Part shown: positions 1 to 8,400 of the stretch, piece by piece | Position numbering within the stretch: position 1 is the first letter of the stretch | How the letters are laid out: each line of letters opens with the position of its first letter | Assembly (NCBI GenBank): GCA_963675745.2 | Contig: CAXXWX010000025.1 | Span: forward strand, 1 to 14,325 | Direction of reading: 5' to 3' | DNA: 14,325 nt | From: Phycisphaerae bacterium | Lineage (GTDB): Bacteria; Planctomycetota; Phycisphaerae; UBA1845; Fen-1342 | Position numbers and translations under genes: made by a program | Notes under the pieces: model-generated | Database searches by the model: none | Told to the model about the DNA's origin: nothing | Seen by the model: the letters and a program-made list of their open reading frames with translations, nothing else

Positions 1-2
1 CC

Positions 3-578
3 AAGAAGACCATCGACGAGAAGCTCGAGCCAACCTTGGAACGATCCGCGGCCAACAACGCCCGGCGCCGACGGCGTAACAAGGCCGTGGCCAAGAAGAT
101 GAATGAGCGCAAAGAGGCGGGCCAGAAGTGGAAGGATGATTACGGCGACCAGCCCGAAAAGCACCCCGGCGGTCAGCGCGAGGACGTGCGCGCCTCACTG
201 GACCATATCAAGCAGTGGGCCGAGCAGGTAAAGGCCCAGATCGAACCCCTCCAGCCGCAGGGCGCGCAACACATCAAGGATCTGACGCAGGTCGAGACGT
301 GGGCCGGTGAATTGCAGGGCCAACTCGACGCCCAGACGCAGCCGGCGATTGACGCCGCCAAGCAATCCGGTCAGACCGGCGTCGCCCACGCGCGCGCGAC
401 GAGGGACAAGATCGAGAAGTTCCTCGAGCAGGCCGAAACCGACGGGAACGAGTCCCGGGACGTGTTTAACCGTTGGACGCTGTACAACAACAAGCTGGCG
501 ATCGAGTGGGCCAAGAGTGACAGCGCGCCGCATCGCCAGTGGGCGCAAACCTGGTTTGATACGTGGAAGCAGAAATAA
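3..578 (+). CDS. Hypothetical helical/coiled-coil protein, 5'-truncated (C-terminal ~190 aa)
   Basis: The frame is open from position 3 (KKTIDEKLEPTLERSAANN...) to TAA at 576-578, so the true start lies outside the window. GC3-biased codons; Q/K/E/A-rich helical sequence; co-oriented with the downstream genes. Confidence 0.75.
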   Translation, partial: KKTIDEKLEPTLERSAANNARRRRRNKAVAKKMNERKEAGQKWKDDYGDQPEKHPGGQREDVRASLDHIKQWAEQVKAQIEPLQPQGAQHIKDLTQVETWAGELQGQLDAQTQPAIDAAKQSGQTGVAHARATRDKIEKFLEQAETDGNESRDVFNRWTLYNNKLAIEWAKSDSAPHRQWAQTWFDTWKQK

Positions 579-635
579 CATGCGACGAAATGCCGGCGCA
601 GCGCCGGTAATCGTGGCGTTGTCGGAGACATCGCA

Positions 636-3600
636 ATGAGCGCGCTCGGTTTCACTCCCGCTGATTTGGGCACGATGCTCGATATGCTGCTCGACCCGTC
701 CATGGCGCGGCCGGTCAAGATCTTTGTCGAGCGGAAAAGCGGCAATATCTGGCGGATCATCGACCCCTTGAGCCCCACCGAGAACATGCCGGTTATCAAG
801 GAGTGGACCGAAGAGAAGACCGTCACTGAGTATGAGGAGGCGGAGTACGAGTGGGAGAAAAAGGAAGAGAAGGCAACCAAGAAGACCATTTCGGTCCCCC
901 TCGGATTCCCGGCGGATGTGTTGGTCGACTACTTCCGCTTTGACCAGCCGCGGGCCAGTTGGGCGCTGTCCGACTATGACCGGGCGTTCAGCTCGTCCAG
1001 CGCCCCCACCGACATCCCGCGCCGACTACAGGACGCCATTCAGCAGCGTCTGCCGAACGGACAACCGCTGCCGGCCAATATCACGCAGACGATTCTCCAG
1101 TTCGGACACGCGGATATGTGCGCCTCGTTCGAATACAACCACAGCCTCACGCATCGCCGCAACCAGGCCGTCAAGCGCGTGGTTGAGCGCGCCGGCAGCA
1201 CACCGGCGTACTTCAGCGATGGCGGACGCATACACGGCCTCGTGCCGTGCAGCGACTTCAATCCGACCAGCGGGCCAAACGCACACGAGCGCGCCGCGGA
1301 GGCCAGCGCCACCGGGGCGGCCACCAACCCGTCGGGCGGTCCGGACGGGAACCGCGACAATCGGCGCGTCGAGCTCTATGTCCTCCATGACTACAACGAC
1401 CGCGACAGCGAGATTACAAAGCTGATCAACCAGGTGCGCAGCGAGTTGAAAGACGCGCGCGGCATCAGCGATACCGAGTGGCCGGCGGGCAAGTTCCCGT
1501 GCGACCCGAGCAACATTTCCGTCTGTCACAAGCTGCTCAACTGCGCGCCCAATGAGTCCAATGCCGGGGGAACCGGGTCCAGCTATCGCCAGTGCGAGTT
1601 CTACACACGGTTCACGCGCGGCGTGAACGTCCAGCTCCAGGTCGAGGCCGAGCAAACCAAACCCGGCAAGGTCACCTACACCAAGAAGCTCGTTAAGGAA
1701 GCCAAGGAAACCAAACGCAAGGAAGTTCACGGAGAGTATCACCCGCCGCCCGGTGAACATTACGGCTTCTACATGGATGAGATGGTCAAGCACGGCGTGA
1801 AGTGCACGCAAGGCTATGCGCCCGAGATCGCCGTCGCCCCCAACGACGAAGAAGACCCCGAAGACTTCAATCTGATAAAGCCCGGCCCGATCAAGGTCGT
1901 GAAGATGGATGTGGGCTTCTGGGGTGACGAGCGCAAACGCGACAGCGGACGCAAGGCGGGTTTTCGGCGGGAGCCGGCGCGCACGTTCGGCGTGGTCGAA
2001 GGCCCGTTCGTCTGGCTCTGCTACTTCGGGACCGACGACAACAACGGAAAAGGCAAGGGCAGTGATCCGGAGAAGAATGAGAAGATCCACCCGCTCTTCA
2101 CGCGCTTCGTCAACGCCGTCGAAGACGCCGGCCACAAGGTCCGCGTGATGAAAAAGGCCGTCGCCGAGGCCGGCCCGAGTGAGGACAAGCTGCGGCTGTT
2201 CTTCGGCGACATGCACCTGCCGCGCGCTTTCGATGTGAAAGACGCCGACTATTCATCCGGCAAATGCAGCAAGAGCGAGCAGATGCTCAAGAGCCTGCTG
2301 CTGGACATGCTGCGCCAGGACTACCAGTTGCGGGCCTCACAGACACCCTGGCTCGCCGCGGATGACCGCCTGCGCTGCTTGGAATTCTTCGAGCATGGGG
2401 CCAAGAAACTCAAGCTCCCGCACTGGAACTCGGCACGCAAGATCAGCAACCCCTTCGAGCCCGAGGGCTCCAACTGGCTCGCCAAGGCCGGCGACGCGGT
2501 CAAGAAGAGCATGCAGGTGCTGCGCCAGTTCGGCTATTACATGTTCGAGTTCACGCAGGATGACTTGCGCCGCGAGGTAAAGCGCTTCGCCGGGCAATAC
2601 GCCGATCGCGGCCGCGGTCGCACCAAGGAGGTGTTGTCGAACTGGTTTTACGGGTTTGAGACCGACCGCAATATCATGCCGGCCGACTCGAACCAGCGCA
2701 AGACCGATCCGAAACAGCTCATCCCCGGACCGATTCGCGAGATCCTCGAGAAAGCCGAGGTGCTCGAGGGTGAAGAGACCGGCACCAAGCCGGCGGAAGA
2801 GCGCTGGGACAAGATCGATGCCGGCCCGGCACGCGACCTGTTGCGCCTGTTGAAAATCGTCGACGACCAGAACAAGGAACACGGCCGTTATATCAGTGCC
2901 TATCACTGCGGCGACATGTTTGAAACCTGGGCCAATCGGCGTTACCTGTTCGAAGATTTCGAGAACACCGACGACCCGTCCGGCCAGCTTCCCGACTTTA
3001 TAAACTCGGTCGTCAAGGCACTCGAGTTTGGCGAAGCCGGCAGCGCGTTCCGCTCACTGGGTGATGGCCTCAAGGCCATTCTGCGCACGCTGTTGGGCGG
3101 CATGAACGCCGGCGATATCGACCTCTGGCACCGGCGCGAGGTCAAGAAACGCCTGCCAACCGGCCCCCTGCCGGACGAGACAACGCACGAGATCAAGATG
3201 CCTGACGTTGACAGCCTCAAGCTGCCCACGATCAGCGATCCGTCCGCCGAGATCAGCGGCGTCGTGCCCTACCAAAAAGGCTCACGCAGCGGTCTCACCA
3301 AGGAGAAGATGGGCGGAGCACCGTATGTGTCCGCGGAGATGGGTAAGCGCGTCGAGCAGATTCTGGCTTTCAAAGCGCCGCTCAGAGAAGACGAGGCCGG
3401 CCGCGCTGAAGATGTGGAATTGCTCGGCGGCGCCGTGGACGGAAATGACGGCCTCTGGAACAAGGCCATTGACGCCGCTCTTCGCAAGGCTGATCTGCAC
3501 GGCGTCTATGGAAATCACGATTGCTATCGCGGTCTGCACGGCGGCAGGTTCGAACCCTATCGCACCGAACGAAACCTGTGGGTCGAACACGCCCACCGGT

Positions 3601-4277
3601 ACGAAGACTCGAACGTCGACGGCCAGCCGTTTGGCGCGTTCACAACGAACCTCTGTTTCGAAATCATGGAGATCGCGCTGTACGAGGGCCTGCTCGACGA
3701 GTACCTGCTGCACCGCGAGCAGAACCAGTATCAGCCGGGGATCATGCAGTGGTTCCTGCTCACCGAGTTTCAGGAGCAGCTCGACAAGCTGAAAGACAAG
3801 GGTGTCGAGCCGTTTCGCGTCGCGGTGTGCGGCCACACACACATGCCGGACCTGATCGTTGCCGAGATCGTCTACCGCGAGAAGGAATCGACCGCCCTGG
3901 GGTGGATTACCCATCTCGCCTCGATCGCCAAGGTCATCGCCGCCCTGATTCCACGCATCATCGAGTGGGCCGAGAAGTGGGACCAGCGCTACGGCGATGA
4001 CAAGGGCGGCTGGAGCAAGTGGTTCGATGATACGGTCGATGACACCGGCGAGTTCTTCAAAGGCGCCGGTGAGAAGACCGCCAATTGGGCCGGTGATTTC
4101 ACCGGCGGCATCGGTGAGTGTCTCGAAAAGGCCGGTGATTTTCTGAAGAAGACCGGCGAGGGAGCGCGCAAGAAGCTGGAGAATGAATGGGATCGGGTCA
4201 AGAAGGACACCAAGCAGCATGTCGATCGAACCAGGCGAACCATCGATCGCACGATGCGTAACTTCCCGTTCCCGTAG
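636..4277 (+). CDS. 1213-aa multidomain protein: OmpA-like domain + calcineurin-like metallophosphoesterase + amphipathic C-terminal tail; candidate T6SS/CIS cargo
   Basis: GGAG RBS before ATG636. OmpA_C motifs: FRFD(100), GHAD(157)..YNHSLTHRRNQAV, NRRVE(242). Metallophosphoesterase motifs: DMH(525-527), GDMFE(759), GNHD(959), EHAH(984-987), GHTH(1066). No signal peptide. Confidence 0.85.
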   Translation: MSALGFTPADLGTMLDMLLDPSMARPVKIFVERKSGNIWRIIDPLSPTENMPVIKEWTEEKTVTEYEEAEYEWEKKEEKATKKTISVPLGFPADVLVDYFRFDQPRASWALSDYDRAFSSSSAPTDIPRRLQDAIQQRLPNGQPLPANITQTILQFGHADMCASFEYNHSLTHRRNQAVKRVVERAGSTPAYFSDGGRIHGLVPCSDFNPTSGPNAHERAAEASATGAATNPSGGPDGNRDNRRVELYVLHDYNDRDSEITKLINQVRSELKDARGISDTEWPAGKFPCDPSNISVCHKLLNCAPNESNAGGTGSSYRQCEFYTRFTRGVNVQLQVEAEQTKPGKVTYTKKLVKEAKETKRKEVHGEYHPPPGEHYGFYMDEMVKHGVKCTQGYAPEIAVAPNDEEDPEDFNLIKPGPIKVVKMDVGFWGDERKRDSGRKAGFRREPARTFGVVEGPFVWLCYFGTDDNNGKGKGSDPEKNEKIHPLFTRFVNAVEDAGHKVRVMKKAVAEAGPSEDKLRLFFGDMHLPRAFDVKDADYSSGKCSKSEQMLKSLLLDMLRQDYQLRASQTPWLAADDRLRCLEFFEHGAKKLKLPHWNSARKISNPFEPEGSNWLAKAGDAVKKSMQVLRQFGYYMFEFTQDDLRREVKRFAGQYADRGRGRTKEVLSNWFYGFETDRNIMPADSNQRKTDPKQLIPGPIREILEKAEVLEGEETGTKPAEERWDKIDAGPARDLLRLLKIVDDQNKEHGRYISAYHCGDMFETWANRRYLFEDFENTDDPSGQLPDFINSVVKALEFGEAGSAFRSLGDGLKAILRTLLGGMNAGDIDLWHRREVKKRLPTGPLPDETTHEIKMPDVDSLKLPTISDPSAEISGVVPYQKGSRSGLTKEKMGGAPYVSAEMGKRVEQILAFKAPLREDEAGRAEDVELLGGAVDGNDGLWNKAIDAALRKADLHGVYGNHDCYRGLHGGRFEPYRTERNLWVEHAHRYEDSNVDGQPFGAFTTNLCFEIMEIALYEGLLDEYLLHREQNQYQPGIMQWFLLTEFQEQLDKLKDKGVEPFRVAVCGHTHMPDLIVAEIVYREKESTALGWITHLASIAKVIAALIPRIIEWAEKWDQRYGDDKGGWSKWFDDTVDDTGEFFKGAGEKTANWAGDFTGGIGECLEKAGDFLKKTGEGARKKLENEWDRVKKDTKQHVDRTRRTIDRTMRNFPFP

Positions 4278-4371
4278 CCGGATGCTGTGCCACTGCTCTT
4301 GAGCAGTGCCGTAGTGATCGTGGAGCGCGGGTGCGTATTGACCGCACGGCCCGCCGATACGGAGGTGCATC

Positions 4372-4734
4372 ATGGCGCAAGCAGTCGTAAATACCGCGGT
4401 GATGCAATGTACGTGTGGCAGCGCGCCGGCCACACTGACGGTTACCAGTCAGGCCCAAACCATGATCGGCAACCAGCTCGCCGCCACCATCATGGACTTC
4501 GCCACCGGCGCGAATATCCCCCCGTTCGGCACGTGCTCGGTGCTCACCGCCGCCGCTTCCGGCGTGCCGACGCCGTGTGCGATGGTTCCAACCGGTCCAT
4601 GGATACCGGGCTCGACGTCGATAGTGCGGATCGGAAACTTTCAGGCACTGCTGAGCACGGACAAGCTCATGTGCGGAATCCCCGGCATGATCAGCATCAC
4701 CTACCCCGGCCAGGTAACGACGAACGATACATAG
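4372..4734 (+). CDS. DUF4280 family PAAR-like spike-tip protein
   Basis: GGAGG RBS at 4361-4365. Sequence matches the DUF4280 pattern (MQCTCG..P..L, ATIMD....NIPPFGTC, PTPC....PWIPG, L...KLMC...G.ISI..PGQ); 120 aa with conserved Cys. Confidence 0.92.
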   Translation: MAQAVVNTAVMQCTCGSAPATLTVTSQAQTMIGNQLAATIMDFATGANIPPFGTCSVLTAAASGVPTPCAMVPTGPWIPGSTSIVRIGNFQALLSTDKLMCGIPGMISITYPGQVTTNDT

Positions 4735-4741
4735 CCCCAGG

Positions 4742-5242
4742 TCAGTGGCGTTCTTCTATCGCTGGAGGGTCTGTCACCGTCTTGACCAGCAGCACCACCT
4801 CGCGATCGCCGAAGATCTGCGGCTCGTACGGTTGGCGGCCGGTCTCATGCATGCCCCGCGCCCGGTAGAACGCCGCCGAGCTCTCCACCAGCGCTGCCGC
4901 CGTCACCTCGGTGAAGCCCGCCTGGCGGATCATCGACTCGGCGGCCTGAAACAGCGCCGTGCCCACACCCCGCCCGTGATATTGTGGGTGGACGTACAGG
5001 CGTGCGATCTCGTTCTCGCGAATGGCCGCCATACCCAGGATGGTCCCATCCGGATCGCGGCCCACGATGTGCGGGCGCGTCAGCGACTCCGTCCGCAACG
5101 TCTCCACGTCGGAGCGCGGTCCAACGAGAAACGCACGCTGCCGGTCGGTAAACCCCTCGCGCTCGGCCAGCCAGGTGAAGCAAGCCCGGAGCAACTCGCT
5201 GACCGCGGCGTAATCGCCGACCTTCATGGGTTCGATGTACAT
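4742..5242 (-). CDS. GNAT family N-acetyltransferase
   Basis: Acetyl-CoA binding motif A (LYVHPQYHGRGVGTAL) and motif B (SAAFYRARGM); 166 aa. Confidence 0.92.
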   Translation of the reverse strand: MYIEPMKVGDYAAVSELLRACFTWLAEREGFTDRQRAFLVGPRSDVETLRTESLTRPHIVGRDPDGTILGMAAIRENEIARLYVHPQYHGRGVGTALFQAAESMIRQAGFTEVTAAALVESSAAFYRARGMHETGRQPYEPQIFGDREVVLLVKTVTDPPAIEERH

Positions 5243-5248
5243 TCAGTC

Positions 5249-5254
5249 ATTGTA
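5249..5254 (-). promoter_or_regulatory. Sigma70-type -10 box (TACAAT) 6 nt upstream of the GNAT ATG; probable leaderless transcript
   Basis: Minus strand reads gcgggTACAATgactgaATG; no SD sequence and no good -35. Confidence 0.5.
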
Positions 5255-5425
5255 CCCGCAGCGAGCTTGGCTGACCCGGCGAGGCAGGAGTGCGCGCACC
5301 CCACCCTGATCAGGCGAGCAGTTGAACAGGAGACCGCAGGTGAGCGGACGCGTTTGCCGGCCGCGCTTTCACGGCCGCGCAAGGATTGGTGGACCAGCAC
5401 ACCAACGTGCAAAGAACGGACGGCG

Positions 5426-8400
5426 TTAATCCGATGTGTCGCCGTCAACGAACTCCCAGTTGACGGCACCAACGGCATCGAGGTCGAAACCGGACGCCTG
5501 CTGACCAGCGCCGAGTGAGCTGGAGCCGCGGAGACGGATGTACCGGATGCCGGAGTAACCGGTTGGCGCCAGATCGTACGAACGACCGTTCTCGTCGTTG
5601 TCGAACTGTTCGTCACCGCCAACACGAACCACAGGCGCCTCGGTGTGCTTGACGCTCACAAACGTCGAGCCGTCTGTGCTCACCGCCACGTGTAGTTGGT
5701 GGAATTCCCCCGGTCCATGGTCGCACTCGTAGACGTTGAAATCGGGGCCCGGGCCATCGATCACCCGCCTGGCGTCGAAATCGAAAACGACGTATCCGTC
5801 AGCGAGCCCCCAGGAAATGTCGTCGGGTGGACCTGTGAACACGCGGTTCAGCCCTGCCGTCGTATTCTCGCGGAGAATCCCGGGGAACGGGCCACTTGTC
5901 GGCGTCTCCCACACAGGCAACAGGCAAGCGTGCGGCGGCGGCGGCGCGCCGTTCTGCCCCGCCGCGGGCGGTTCGAAGTGAGTCAGCACGATCTCGCCGT
6001 CCTGATGGGCGAGTTCACACGTTCCGCCGGTGGCCAACTGCAGCGGGGATGACGCGTTTTCAAACCGGCCCGTGACCTCGTTCGCCGAGAGGACGACGAA
6101 TCGGTCGTCGTAGCCGGGCGGGTTGTCCCCTTGGATCCAGACTTCGAGCTCGCCTCCCAACATCGCTGAACCATCAACGCGGACATGGCCAACGAGCGGC
6201 GGCGCGCCTCCTGCAATGACAATCCGCAGCGAACCGCCGTCGATCGCCAAGTCGCCGTGGATTTCGATGTTTCCAGGCGAACACGCCGCAGTGAGCACAC
6301 CGCCGGCGATCAAGAGGTTCCCCCGGACGAGTCGCGCGCCGACAACGCCGTCTTCTACGGCAAGCGTTGCCCCATCGTGGATGGTCAGAACCTCAGCCGC
6401 TATCTGTCCGCCCCGCAGACGCACGACGCCATGCGGCCAGATGAGCATTTCATGTTCTACGACAAATGTCGCTCCGTTCTCGACGCGCAGCTCAGCCGCG
6501 CCTCCGGCGCCTTCCGCCTTACCGCCGATTGCACACGTCGCCTTGGTTCGCCACACCGTTCCGGGATCAGCGACGACGACGATCCCGCTCGATCCCTCCT
6601 CCTGGGCCATCGTTGCCCATACGCTTTCCACGCGAGCGCCGTCGTCGATATGCAGTTCGCCCGCCCCGTATCTGCCGACCGCCAGACACGCATTGACGAT
6701 ACAGGTCGCGTTACTGCCGCGTAGCTGGGCCGTTCCGCGAATCCCGGGCTGATCGCCCAGCAACACGCCGCTACGTACAAAGCACTTGGCGTTGTTGATT
6801 TCGAGCTTGGCGTTTCCCTCGCGGCCAACGAATATCGTTCGCGTGGTTCGCACCATGGAACTGTCGTCGTTCACCGTCAGGGTGCCGGTGCCGTCTCTCT
6901 TCAGCCCCAATTGGATGTTGTGAGCCTGCAGCGTGCCCCCGTCCGCGACCGAGATGACGCCGATTCCATTACAACCGACGTCGAGATCGCCCCGGACCGC
7001 CAGAGACGCGCCGCCGCCGGAAACATCCAGCTCCCCCCGCGCCCCGCGCTCCGCGCCGAGTACGCCGTGACTTGATGACGCGAGCGCGTTGTCGTGAATC
7101 TCCAGACGGCCGTGATGGCGCTGGCCGATGACGAGGTTGTTGACGCCAAGCACCGTGTCTTCACCGCGAACTGCGACTCGACCTGGCGCGCCCAGTCCCA
7201 CGCGCAAGTTCTGGGCGCTTACACGAGCGTGCGGCCCGAGGGTGAGATTACCAGGGCCTCCGTCACCCACGTCGAGCGCGTCGGCGATTGTCCATGTCGC
7301 TCCCGACTCGACGATGCGCGCTTCTCCGCGCGCGCCGAAGCCGGACCCGAGACCGGCGGACGCGCATTTGACCTTCCCACCGTTCTGAACCGCCAATCGG
7401 CCGTCCGCGCTGCAACCGATCTTGAGATCGCCATAAACCTCCAGGCACTGGTCGTTAGACACCACGACACTCCCGGGGTGGCGTCCCCGGTCGTGCCCAA
7501 TCCCCAAGCTGCCAGCGAACACAGTCTCGTCGCCCAACCCTCTCAGCAAGTTGATCTGAAGAAACTCGCGCTCGGGAAGTGTCGCAGGGACATTGTCCCC
7601 CAAGATCGCGATATCGACGCTTTGCACACCCTGGCCGCGCTGTTCGATGCGGAATTGCTGCTGATACGAGGACCACCAGCCCAGTGCCGTGCGGACACCA
7701 ACTGTGAGCAGAAGGGCCAACAGCATCGCCCCTAGGAGAACGCTGCTGCCGTGTCGCCGGATTCGCTTGCCCAGCACATAGGTTAGCGAAGGCGGTTTCG
7801 CGCGGATCGGCTCACCCGCGAGGACGGCGTTCAAGTCGAACGCCAGCGCATCGGCGTCCGCGTAACGCCGCGCGGGGTCGGCATCTATTGCCTTGGAGAT
7901 AATCGTCTGCAAATCGTGCGGCGCGCCTGAATTCGTTCGGCGGAGCGAAACTACCTGCCCGCGTTCGATCTCGCGCAACAACGCTGACGTGCTCTTCCCG
8001 AGAAACGGCAGTTCGAGCGTCAGGGCGTGATAGAGCGTCACGCCCAGGCCGTACACGTCTGTCCGCCCGTCGAGCTTCTCCTGCTCGCCGCGCAACTGCT
8101 CTGGGGCCGCGTACGCCAACGTGCCCACGAACTGCCCCGGCTCGGTTACTTGCGTGCTCGCAGTGTCCCGTGCCAAGCCGAAGTCCGAGAGCAGCGGGGT
8201 GCCATCGCGTCGCAGAAGAATGTTCGACGGCTTTACATCGCGATGCAGCAGCCCCTCGCGATGCACCGCCGCCAGTGCCCGCGCCAGCGCGACGCCCAGT
8301 CGGCAGATGTACACGACGTACGAGGCGTGTTCTCGCAAATCGGTCTCAGATGCGTCCAGAAACGCGCGCACGTCCGGGATCGAAGGTTGCCGCGGGCTGG

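Noticed and set aside
1026..4433. Long minus-strand ORFs (396, 189, 383 aa) opposite the 1213-aa gene
   Set aside because: Antisense shadow frames typical of high-GC coding DNA; no motifs.
4287..5518. Alternative plus-strand ORFs (193 aa, 257 aa) overlapping DUF4280 and the GNAT
   Set aside because: Off-frame or antisense to genes with clear family signatures.
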